From: a virus
Lineage: Duplodnaviria > Caudoviricetes
Length of the DNA: 64,000 bases
Virus record (IMG/VR): IMGVR_UViG_2531839534_000003
Direction: 5' to 3' (one strand)
This document shows, one piece after another, positions 46,164 through 55,075 of this stretch (its first letter is position 1; every line of letters starts with the position of its first letter). The notes below the pieces were generated by a model, which worked only from the letters and a program-made list of their open reading frames with translations, was not told the DNA's origin and made no database searches. The translations under genes and the position numbers were made by a program.

Positions 46164-46516
46164 TGGGAATAATAGAATTAGATGCAAAATACTTCGCAAA
46201 CTTCGGTAAAGTCCCCCCTTATAAAGCGACAGAAATAATTGGAAAAGGCTATCCAGATGATTTTATCACCCCAGGAGAGGAAAAGAACTTCCTTATTTTG
46301 AATCAAGAAAAAGCATGGATTGTCCATGCAGATTCATTAGTATCTGTAGCTGAAGAGTTAGAAGGATTCTTAGGGATGTCCGTGGATGATTTCATTATGG
46401 TTTCTCTTGGAACACCGTATCATAAGAGATTTATATTTAATGATGATTACGAGATTTGGGAAAGCTACTTTAAAAAATTAAGAGAGGCCTATTATTCGGA
46501 CCAATCTTTTAAATAG
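46163..46516 (+). CDS. Hypothetical protein
   Basis: 117-aa ORF coupled to the ASCH gene. Confidence 0.55.
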   Translation: MGIIELDAKYFANFGKVPPYKATEIIGKGYPDDFITPGEEKNFLILNQEKAWIVHADSLVSVAEELEGFLGMSVDDFIMVSLGTPYHKRFIFNDDYEIWESYFKKLREAYYSDQSFK

Positions 46517-47403
46517 AATTTATTTAAAAGATTACTGTCGGGGGTCTCTCCTTTTAAGAGACGGATTTTTAAATTTGAAGTGACGAAAAATTTTCCCCAA
46601 ATATAGAGATGGAAGGGCTCACCAGATTGACAATGTTTTAATAATTTTTGATGTTGCTGGATATTTTCTTTTAAAACATCCGCATTGATAAACACTGCAG
46701 GTTTCTCAAAATAGGCATCATCAAGTTGACATTTTTGTTCAAATTCTAACAAAATCAAAAGTTGACCATTTTTGTTTCTTACTTTTTTAGCACTAGCTTT
46801 ACCATGATGGATTTTCTCCTCAAAAGATAGCTTGTAATGTCCGTGACGCAATTCATAAAAGAAAGAATCTAGTGGTCCAGTTGTACCGTTGAAATTAACG
46901 ATATCTTTTGGATGTGAGAGAAAGTGGTTAACGGTTGACGATAATTTTGAAAGACGAGTAGAACGGTGTTTAACTGTTGGAAACTCAAAATCAGATTGAT
47001 ATGTCTGACTGTTTTTCCCAGTTGAATAGTTCTTCTGAGAAGTTCCAACTTCTTCATAAGATGTTGGGTTACTTGAAGATAAATTGATAATTAAGTCTTC
47101 AGAAGGTTTATAAGTATGCGTATTTTTTTTCTTAGTAGAGCGTTTTATAACTTTAGTTATTTTAGAAATATTTGGGCATGAGGTGGTGTGCTTGCCATCA
47201 TATCCACTCCGATATTTAAAGTATGGAGGAACCTTCCATTTATCTGGAGAGCTTCTTACATTGACTAAGGTTACGGGCACGTCACAGTTTTTATTACACC
47301 TGAATTCATCTGAATCAAGAGGACGCTTATGGAAGTAGGCATAGGCCTCTTGGGGTGATATGTCATCTTTGAAATGTTTCGAATATGCATGGTCGTGTTT
47401 CAT
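46492..47403 (-). CDS. Cargo protein with N-terminal CxxxC...HxxxC zinc finger (CoiA-N-like) and unknown C-terminal domain
   Basis: FRCNKNC...PYFKY...GKHTTSCP; only long minus-strand gene in the element. Confidence 0.55.
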   Translation of the reverse strand: MKHDHAYSKHFKDDISPQEAYAYFHKRPLDSDEFRCNKNCDVPVTLVNVRSSPDKWKVPPYFKYRSGYDGKHTTSCPNISKITKVIKRSTKKKNTHTYKPSEDLIINLSSSNPTSYEEVGTSQKNYSTGKNSQTYQSDFEFPTVKHRSTRLSKLSSTVNHFLSHPKDIVNFNGTTGPLDSFFYELRHGHYKLSFEEKIHHGKASAKKVRNKNGQLLILLEFEQKCQLDDAYFEKPAVFINADVLKENIQQHQKLLKHCQSGEPFHLYIWGKFFVTSNLKIRLLKGETPDSNLLNKFYLKDWSE

Positions 47404-47474
47404 ATATAGAACCTCTTCTTGTAGTTACTTTATTTTACCACTAATTTATTATTTATAGAAAGCGTGTAATTAAC

Positions 47475-48476
47475 ATGATAGAAAAAATAGAAAAGATTTT
47501 TTTGACCATAACAAATGGTCCACTTGGCCAATTCATTCAACGGATTGTTTCTTGGTTTCAAGAGAATGTTATAAAAAGAAAACTCATCATTTTTAGCCTT
47601 TTAATGACGGTGTGGATTGGTCTCTTACTTTCAGCGATATTATCTCCGGAAAGGAAAACTTATTCACCAGATCAATTAAAAACGAAGCAAATATTTTCAA
47701 ATGAATCTGGTGAAATTAATTTGATTAGTCAGCTCTATTCTCCAGAGACTGGAATTATTGTTCTTCAGTTTGAAACGAATGATGCTACTTCCAATATTGA
47801 TCGTGGAATTGATACTAATAGACTAGAATGGAAGCTCTACTCAAAACAGAAGTCACTAAACGCTACTATGGACGTCGTACCAATCATTGATAAAAAAATA
47901 TCGGTTATCATACATAATGTACCAAAAGATTTTGAAGCTTTTGCTATCGATATCAAAAATAAAACAGTAGTTGTTAAAGATGTTGATGTAGATTTAGATA
48001 CGACTCCATCCTCAGCTAGGAGTAACAAATCAGCTCAAAGTTCTCCAACTAGTACAGTTCAGTTTTTTATAGCTAAGGAGAATCCAGAATTAAAATCTAA
48101 AGTAATTAAGAATACCACACGAGAACAGTTTACTTTATCTGAGATTAAACAGGAACTCAAATTTCAAAAAAGTCAAAAAACCAAGCTAAACAATTCGATT
48201 ATTAAACTAAAAAATTCAATTGCTGATGATGAGAGCACAAAAATAAATCTTAATAATGAGGCTAAATATTTATCAGGTGATGACCTTGTTCAGAATCAAA
48301 ATGATATAGAGTCAATCAATTCTAATATGGAGTCAAAAAACCAATCCATTGATACTGCTAATCAGAATATAGAAAAAGTAAAAGAAAAAATTAAGTCTCT
48401 TAAAAAGAAAGAGGCTGCTGTTAAAAATGGTACTTTTGAATTCTCTAGTTCAATAGTAACCATTCAAAAGAATTAA
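47475..48476 (+). CDS. Membrane-anchored coiled-coil protein
   Basis: N-terminal TM, long C-terminal heptads. Confidence 0.65.
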   Translation: MIEKIEKIFLTITNGPLGQFIQRIVSWFQENVIKRKLIIFSLLMTVWIGLLLSAILSPERKTYSPDQLKTKQIFSNESGEINLISQLYSPETGIIVLQFETNDATSNIDRGIDTNRLEWKLYSKQKSLNATMDVVPIIDKKISVIIHNVPKDFEAFAIDIKNKTVVVKDVDVDLDTTPSSARSNKSAQSSPTSTVQFFIAKENPELKSKVIKNTTREQFTLSEIKQELKFQKSQKTKLNNSIIKLKNSIADDESTKINLNNEAKYLSGDDLVQNQNDIESINSNMESKNQSIDTANQNIEKVKEKIKSLKKKEAAVKNGTFEFSSSIVTIQKN

Positions 48477-48491
48477 GAGTTAAGTTAAATT

Positions 48492-48620
48492 ATGGAAAAC
48501 GTTTTATATGTTTTGCTTATCAAATTATTGGGAATACTTGGTCTAACTGTACTATATCTAATTGCTATTTTAATTATAATAATTATTACAATACATAGGA
48601 GAATTGAAAATGAAAACTAA
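48492..48620 (+). CDS. 42-aa hydrophobic peptide
   Basis: ATG 48492 to TAA 48620; one long TM; weak RBS. Confidence 0.35.
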   Translation: MENVLYVLLIKLLGILGLTVLYLIAILIIIIITIHRRIENEN

Positions 48621-49440
48621 ACTAAAAAAGATTATTCCTGAGGATAAAAAAGGAATTCAATTATCATTACTAATTTTTTTTAATTGGCTCATAAAATTTT
48701 TGTCTAGATGGACCTTTTTAATTCTATTAATGATTTGCATCGCTGGTCTTTGTGGTCGTGCTGCTCGGACGAGTGATTCAATTCATTTTATTCATGGAAT
48801 ATTTTTCATTCTTTTGGTAATAGAACTTTTAAAAATTAGACCAGGTAGAGAGTATAAATCATTAAAAAAAATATTTGAAATATTATTGTTAAATATTTTT
48901 TTTACCTCTGCATTAGAACAACAACTTACTGTCCCTTTGGTGAATAAAGCCCTTCAATTAACAAGTGTTTTTGCAATTATTTATATACTAGTCAGTTTCT
49001 TAAGTACAAAACTTTTACACCATTATCTTTATAAAAAAGTTCTAAATAAATCGTATTTAGGTATTCGCAAACCAAGTGATCCTCGAATGCCAGAAGATAA
49101 TGTCTATAATGATTTTAAGATTCAAGATGTTAATGAGCGCTTAAAAAAGATTAATCTAAATGCCGTTCAAAATACCTATCATGAGTTTGTTAGATTAGAT
49201 GAAGTACATTTAGAAGAAGTTTACTTTAATAAAATTCCTTTTGATATAACAAAAATAGAACGAGAAATAATTTACAATAGGAGTTATCAAAAAATAAATT
49301 TAGATTTTCAACTTTATCCTCTTGGTTTGCACTATTTTGGACATCGATTGATAAAACTTTCTACAAATTATTCTGATGCTACTTTTTATTATGCCTCTAA
49401 ACTTTCTCTTAAATTACGTAAAAAATTTAATATCAAATAA
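48604..49440 (+). CDS. Multi-pass membrane protein
   Basis: About four TM segments then a soluble domain. Confidence 0.65.
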   Translation: MKMKTKLKKIIPEDKKGIQLSLLIFFNWLIKFLSRWTFLILLMICIAGLCGRAARTSDSIHFIHGIFFILLVIELLKIRPGREYKSLKKIFEILLLNIFFTSALEQQLTVPLVNKALQLTSVFAIIYILVSFLSTKLLHHYLYKKVLNKSYLGIRKPSDPRMPEDNVYNDFKIQDVNERLKKINLNAVQNTYHEFVRLDEVHLEEVYFNKIPFDITKIEREIIYNRSYQKINLDFQLYPLGLHYFGHRLIKLSTNYSDATFYYASKLSLKLRKKFNIK

Positions 49441-49481
49441 AAAAATGAACTTCTAGAGAATACTACTAGAAGTTCATTTTT
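49441..49481. terminator. Long bidirectional terminator
   Basis: AAAAATGAACTTCTAG...CTAGAAGTTCATTTTT. Confidence 0.8.
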
Positions 49482-49567
49482 TACCGAAAAACTAAAGTTA
49501 CCCCTTAACACCAAATAAAAATTTATCACTTATAATGGTTCTATATTTTAGAAAAAGGAGAACACTA

Positions 49568-49834
49568 ATGGCAAGAAAAGATTTATCAAAAATTGATGCG
49601 GATCTTGAAACTGCAAAAGCAAAAGTAGCACTACTTGAAGAGGAAAGGAAAAAAGCTGAGGAAGAAAGCTTTCAAAAAATTGGTCAAGCATATTTTCAAC
49701 TCAAGCGAAAAATGAATAAGACAATTACCCATAAAGAAGTTTTATCTTCAATAAAACAAGAAATTGCTACACTAAAAAATGAGTCAAAAAATTTCCCAGC
49801 TGAAGTTCATTTGAGTGATAAAAGCGATCAATAA
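49568..49834 (+). CDS. Small coiled-coil protein next to oriT
   Basis: AAAAGGAG RBS before MARKDL. Confidence 0.6.
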   Translation: MARKDLSKIDADLETAKAKVALLEEERKKAEEESFQKIGQAYFQLKRKMNKTITHKEVLSSIKQEIATLKNESKNFPAEVHLSDKSDQ

Positions 49835-49884
49835 TATTTTGAATTGATCTTAAATTGATAAAAATTCCAACTTTTATCCTAAAA

Positions 49885-50080
49885 AATAGTGTGCTATAAA
49901 TCAATTAAAAGATGTGCTATATGAAAAGAGGGATAAAAAAAGTGTGCTCTAACCTCTTTTTAGGGGTGTGCTATACTGACACACCTTGTGTGTCATAGGT
50001 AGGCTATGCCGAGAAAATTGGGGACACTGGAAACGTTGATACTATCAACATATCCCGACTAGGGATATCGGTTTCCCTTA
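49885..50080. other. Probable oriT
   Basis: Four TGTGCT(A/C)T repeats (49890, 49913, 49943, 49967), TGACACAC/GTGTGTCA hairpin, GGAAAC..GTTTCC enclosing two palindromes; upstream of RHH and relaxase genes. Confidence 0.7.
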
Positions 50081-50292
50081 TGCTCTTTTTTGACTTTAAA
50101 CACAGATTAGACAATAGTCTATATCGATTAGTGTTTATGAGTTAAAAAAACCGCAAAAATAGAAAATTTATTTTCGTACTGTTGCGAGGTTTAGGTTTTA
50201 TTTTTTGCTTCTTTTTGCTTTTTCCTCGTGAAAAGAAAAAAGAAGGGTGCATTTTTATTGTGCTACATTTTAGAAAATGGAGAAATCTTCAA

Positions 50293-50628
50293 ATGGTAAA
50301 TATAAATAATAATGTGGAACTAAAAATTCGTGGTCTCGAAAAACAGGAAGTCGAATTTTTAAAATTACTTGCAAAGAAAAATAAGTTTTCTTCTCTAAAC
50401 CAATTCTTAGTTTCAATTTGTCGAGAAAAAATAGAGGTTGGAAAATTAAATAGAGCAGAACATTTATATATTACATACTTGGAAAATATAAATCAATCCT
50501 CGAACTTTATTTTAAAACAAACTGAAAAACAAGTTAGACAACTTCAAGAATTTGAAAAACAAATGGATAGCTATGCTGATAAAATCTCAATGTGGTTGGA
50601 GTATGAAGGAGAGATAGAAGATGAGTAA
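50293..50628 (+). CDS. Relaxosome auxiliary protein, RHH-like (start revised)
   Basis: ELKIRGLEKQEVEFLKLLAKKNKFSSLNQFL. Confidence 0.65.
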   Translation: MVNINNNVELKIRGLEKQEVEFLKLLAKKNKFSSLNQFLVSICREKIEVGKLNRAEHLYITYLENINQSSNFILKQTEKQVRQLQEFEKQMDSYADKISMWLEYEGEIEDE

Positions 50629-50971
50629 AAAAAACATCCTGATTCGAAATGTTCCTGAATCATCTTTCCATCAACTTCATATGAAATCAAATGATTACCA
50701 TTTTACAAGCTTTAATGAATTTATGCTTTCTCAAATAGAAAATATTGTTATTAATGACGGTTTAAACTTGTATCAAAATAAATTTGCTGAGACTTTAGAA
50801 AAAATAGTTGAACAACAAAAAGAAATATTAAATAATCAAAAGCGAATTGAAATAAATCAACTGGCTTTAAAAAATAAACAAATTATTGTTGAAGAATTGA
50901 CAACTAATTGGCTTCATTTTATGGATGATATCGATGCGTTAGCTGCAGAAAGAAATGCAGGAGAGCTATGA
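50621..50971 (+). CDS. Second RHH-like relaxosome auxiliary protein
   Basis: NILIRNVPE...FTSFNEFM; paralogous pattern to the previous ORF. Confidence 0.65.
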   Translation: MSKKNILIRNVPESSFHQLHMKSNDYHFTSFNEFMLSQIENIVINDGLNLYQNKFAETLEKIVEQQKEILNNQKRIEINQLALKNKQIIVEELTTNWLHFMDDIDALAAERNAGEL

Positions 50972-51759
50972 TGAAGAAAAATAAATTTTTTACTGTAATG
51001 ATTATTTTTTTGTCAATTATTTTTGTTCAACCAAGAAGTAGACAATTTCTTGTATCAGTATTTACACATAATGATTTTGCTAGTCAGATTGGTATAAGTA
51101 ATTCAACTGAAGAAAAAATAATAATACTCAGTCCAGAAAATAAAAAAATAAATCAAGAGTTGGTTAATAAAAAATTTGAAGGACAACAAGTTATTCAAGT
51201 AAATGACCATGCTCAATTTACACCAGAAGAACTGTCACTTAGTAAAAATTCATGGCAAAGTTTCTCACCTCTTGATTATTTAAATCGTGTACAGGTCGCA
51301 AATGCGATGTTGGGTAAAGAAATAATGCCGACTGTTCAGAGAGATGAAAGACTCACTGTAACACCTACAGGGTTTAGGAATAAAAAAATAATTATTAATG
51401 GAAAAGATGGCTATCTATTTAATAGATGTCATCTCATTGGTTATCAATTAACGGGAGAAAATTCTAATCCTAAAAATTTAATGACAGGAACTCAAAATTT
51501 AAACGCAAACTTTGAAGATGAAAAATCATCAATGGTCTACTATGAAAATATGGTGGCTCACTATATCAGATTGACAAATCATCATGTGAGATATCGTGTT
51601 TCACCACTATTTAAAAATGTTGAGATGGTTGCAAGAGGCATTCGTATCGAGGCCCAAAGTGTGGAAGATAATCAGATATCGTTTGATATTTATATTTTTA
51701 ATGTACAACCAGGATACAAAATAAATTATTTAACAGGACATTCCGTAAAGGAAAATTAA
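50968..51759 (+). CDS. Secreted/anchored DNA/RNA non-specific endonuclease (streptodornase/EndA-like)
   Basis: Signal/TM segment; LDYLNR; NRCHLIGYQL..NLMTGTQNLN..MVYYEN..VRYRVSP. Confidence 0.9.
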   Translation: MMKKNKFFTVMIIFLSIIFVQPRSRQFLVSVFTHNDFASQIGISNSTEEKIIILSPENKKINQELVNKKFEGQQVIQVNDHAQFTPEELSLSKNSWQSFSPLDYLNRVQVANAMLGKEIMPTVQRDERLTVTPTGFRNKKIIINGKDGYLFNRCHLIGYQLTGENSNPKNLMTGTQNLNANFEDEKSSMVYYENMVAHYIRLTNHHVRYRVSPLFKNVEMVARGIRIEAQSVEDNQISFDIYIFNVQPGYKINYLTGHSVKEN

Positions 51760-51769
51760 AGGAGAAAAA

Positions 51770-52237
51770 ATGGCCCAAGAAATTCGCAATAGAAGACATG
51801 TTTATTTAACTGATGAAACAATATATCAGTTAGCTGAGATTACAGAATTTTTAAAGTCAAGCCAAATGACATTTAAACAGGAACGTAATCATTCACAAAT
51901 TATTAATCTAATTATTTCTACTTTTTATGACCTATTTATCAAGGGAAATGAGTCGAAAAATTACTTTGAGTTACTTGGTCAATATCAAAAGGGACAATTT
52001 GATTATCTAAATAGAATGGAGTCAACACTTAAATCATTTCAAAAACAAATAGATTTACTTCAATATTTAGAGCTAACAAATTTCCATGCAATCTCAAAAG
52101 GAACACAATTTGACATTCAAGATTTAGAATCTATTCATTCAAAAATTGATCCTCAACAACATGAATTAATTGCTCGTATTGAAGATATTATTAAAGCAGA
52201 TATTGCAAGAGGTCAAACTCAAAAACATTATCATTAG
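51770..52237 (+). CDS. RHH-like protein upstream of the relaxase
   Basis: RRHVYLTDETIYQL...NHSQIINLII. Confidence 0.55.
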   Translation: MAQEIRNRRHVYLTDETIYQLAEITEFLKSSQMTFKQERNHSQIINLIISTFYDLFIKGNESKNYFELLGQYQKGQFDYLNRMESTLKSFQKQIDLLQYLELTNFHAISKGTQFDIQDLESIHSKIDPQQHELIARIEDIIKADIARGQTQKHYH

Positions 52238-52267
52238 TATTTAGTTATCAATTAGAAGGAGATAACA

Positions 52268-54628
52268 TTGAGTGAACAAACAAGTCCTGGAATAACTTTT
52301 ATGTTACAGTACACAGAAGCTAACAGCGGTTACGTGGATTATACCAATCGTTCAGAAGCTGTTTCAATTAATAATGAGTTAGCTTTAACGAAAGATCAAA
52401 AAACATTTGAGGATATCACTGAAGAACAACTCGTTTCAATTCAAGAAACGGTACCAGAACAAAAACTAAACTTCAAAGAATATATTGATTACATGAATAG
52501 ATCATATGCTACTGAAAAACAAAATGAAGATGTGACGGCGATCTTTAACCAAGAATCTAACTATCTTCAAAGAGGAAAGATTTCTGAATTAAAGCAGAAT
52601 TTAGAAGAAGCTTATAAGAATAATTCTCTTTTATGGCAGGGTGTTATTTCTTTTGATAATTCTTTTTTAGAAAGTCAAGGTCTGTATGATAAAGCTACTG
52701 GTCAAGTTGACCAACAAGCAATAAAAAATGTGATTAGAGATGCAATGCCAAAAATGATTGAGAAAGAAGGATTATCTGAATCAGCTTTCTGGTGGGGAAA
52801 CATTCATCTTAATACAGATAACATTCATGTTCATATTGGTTTGTCTGAAATTAAATCAGACAGAGAAAAAATATTTTACGCTCCTCGAGGACGGATGGAA
52901 TATAAGGGGAACTTCTCCCAAAAATCTATTCAAAAATTTAAAAGTGAAATATATAATGGTTTGATCAATGAAGAAACAAGATCAATTATTTTAAGGCAAG
53001 AACAAATTCTTTCAAATATAAAAACAGATCTCTTAAATAATGTGCTAGATCATAGTCAAACAATCACTTCAGCTGAAAAAAATTTTTTGGAACAGGCCTT
53101 CAATCATTTACCAAATCACCGAGTATCATATAAATCAAATGCGAAAGATTTTGCGGTTAGTAAATTCTTTATTAATAGATATATTGATTCTTATCTTATG
53201 AATGAGGGAAAAGCTGAATTTGATAACTATCTATCTGAAACAGTAACTTTTTTAAAAACATATGATGCAGCCTATTCAGGAATTAAAGGACAAAAATTTG
53301 ATAAGTTACGATATGTTAATGGCCAAGCTATACGTTCTGAAGAATCTTCCCAAGGATATGACTTAGATAAATTATTAAACAAACGTATTAATGAGTTGAG
53401 AGAGCGATTAGGAAATAAAATACTATCAAAGTTTAAAGAAGAGGGCCCGCATTTTCAATCAATTCAGCTGAAAAAAAATTTGGATCAGTTTTCTTTCAAA
53501 AATCAAGAAAAAATATTATCACAATGTCCAGATGCAAGCGTGATAAAGGATGCTTCGGGATGGCAAAAATTGGGCTTTAAAGTTTCAAAGGATATTAAGC
53601 CAATACTGATTTCTAAACCAGTGTATGAATCTTATGATAAATATGGAAATGGTATTGGAGAAGTTAGTTACACATTAAAACCATTCTATGATATTAGCCA
53701 GGTATATAATGATATAGCTAATAAGCAATTAAATTTAAAAGATTTATCAATACTCAGTACAAATGAACTACGTCAATTAGTGGATGCTGCAAAGAAGAAA
53801 GAAAATCCTAATCAAAAAGAGCGACAGGAATTAGGGACCTATCGCTTTGCTTTGAAATTAAGAGGTATTGAAGATGAACGTGCTATGCTATTAGTCACTT
53901 CCCAGTTACTAAATTCTGTCCAACCAATTGATAGTGATAAAGCTTTTCTAACTGTCAAAAAAGAAGAAGTGACAGAAAGACTAAAACTAACTGAATTACA
54001 GTTAAAGCCCAATTATCAATTGACCCAAGTAGAACTAAATGAGAAAAAAGAACTAAGTGATAAATATGTCAATTGTGTACAATATCCAATAAAAAAATCA
54101 GATGACATCAGTGTTCAAAAACCCATAAATCAATTATTAAAGGAAATGAAGTCATTAGAAAGCTTAAAGGATGAAACTATTTTGACATATGTAAAAGGTT
54201 TTGAAGTTTCTAAAAGTAACTATATTGAAGAACTGAGAAATCAAATTACTATTTTTAAATTAAAGAATACGATTTATCATAATAATCACTTAATTGAGCA
54301 ATCGTCTAATAATCAATCAGGTGAGTTGCTAAAACAGCAGAATGCAATTCACTTTAAAGAACTAAAAGAATTATATAAAAAGCTAAATCCTCCTGATAAA
54401 GAAAGTCAAAACCAGATAGCGCAAAGCGTATCTAAACAATTGTCACAGAATCGCCAACAAAAACAAATACTTCAGACTGAAAAAGTCCCATTTAAGCCCA
54501 GTAATGATTTTATGAAAGGGTTATCTAGTGTTCTAAGAGGCGCAGGAAGAAGCAATAAAAAAGCTCTTGAAGAACGTATTAGAAGCGATGAAAGAGCTGA
54601 GAGGGAGGAAAGAGGATTAGGACTATAG
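52268..54628 (+). CDS. MOBL-family relaxase
   Basis: GYVDYTNRSEA; YIDYMNR; WQGVISFD; WWGNIHLNTDNIHVHI (3H motif). Confidence 0.85.
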   Translation: MSEQTSPGITFMLQYTEANSGYVDYTNRSEAVSINNELALTKDQKTFEDITEEQLVSIQETVPEQKLNFKEYIDYMNRSYATEKQNEDVTAIFNQESNYLQRGKISELKQNLEEAYKNNSLLWQGVISFDNSFLESQGLYDKATGQVDQQAIKNVIRDAMPKMIEKEGLSESAFWWGNIHLNTDNIHVHIGLSEIKSDREKIFYAPRGRMEYKGNFSQKSIQKFKSEIYNGLINEETRSIILRQEQILSNIKTDLLNNVLDHSQTITSAEKNFLEQAFNHLPNHRVSYKSNAKDFAVSKFFINRYIDSYLMNEGKAEFDNYLSETVTFLKTYDAAYSGIKGQKFDKLRYVNGQAIRSEESSQGYDLDKLLNKRINELRERLGNKILSKFKEEGPHFQSIQLKKNLDQFSFKNQEKILSQCPDASVIKDASGWQKLGFKVSKDIKPILISKPVYESYDKYGNGIGEVSYTLKPFYDISQVYNDIANKQLNLKDLSILSTNELRQLVDAAKKKENPNQKERQELGTYRFALKLRGIEDERAMLLVTSQLLNSVQPIDSDKAFLTVKKEEVTERLKLTELQLKPNYQLTQVELNEKKELSDKYVNCVQYPIKKSDDISVQKPINQLLKEMKSLESLKDETILTYVKGFEVSKSNYIEELRNQITIFKLKNTIYHNNHLIEQSSNNQSGELLKQQNAIHFKELKELYKKLNPPDKESQNQIAQSVSKQLSQNRQQKQILQTEKVPFKPSNDFMKGLSSVLRGAGRSNKKALEERIRSDERAEREERGLGL

Positions 54629-54794
54629 TTTTAGGTAAGAAGAAAGCAAAAAACAAGAAGCTATATTTCACCTCAAAACCACACTAATTAAACATATTGA
54701 CTACAAAAAATTGTAGTCTTTTTTATTTGTCTTTTTTCCCCTTAATGCATGCTATTTATATATCTACTATTCTTAATATCAAGGAGGAAAACAA

Positions 54795-55055
54795 ATGAAA
54801 TTACTTTTTCCAGATTTTGAAATGCAAGACTTTGATTTTAATGAATTTTGGTTAATCAAAGCTATTAATGATGAGTCAAAAGACGTTTTATTTGAAGGAC
54901 GTGGAAAGAACGCTGATTTAGAGGTTGTTCTTAACTATGCATCAAATGAAGATGATTTTAAACTCTTATCTGTTGGAGAACTGATCGTTCTATCCTCTCA
55001 TCAATTTGTTGTTGATGACGAGGAAAATTATCAACCAATAATTGAACTCTTTTAA
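54795..55055 (+). CDS. Small acidic hypothetical protein
   Basis: AAGGAGG RBS. Confidence 0.6.
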   Translation: MKLLFPDFEMQDFDFNEFWLIKAINDESKDVLFEGRGKNADLEVVLNYASNEDDFKLLSVGELIVLSSHQFVVDDEENYQPIIELF

Positions 55056-55075
55056 AGAAAGGATAAAAAATTTAT

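Noticed and set aside
49885-49975. CRISPR-like array from regularly spaced repeats
   Set aside because: Repeats are only 8 bp with 15-22-nt gaps, no cas genes; oriT context explains them
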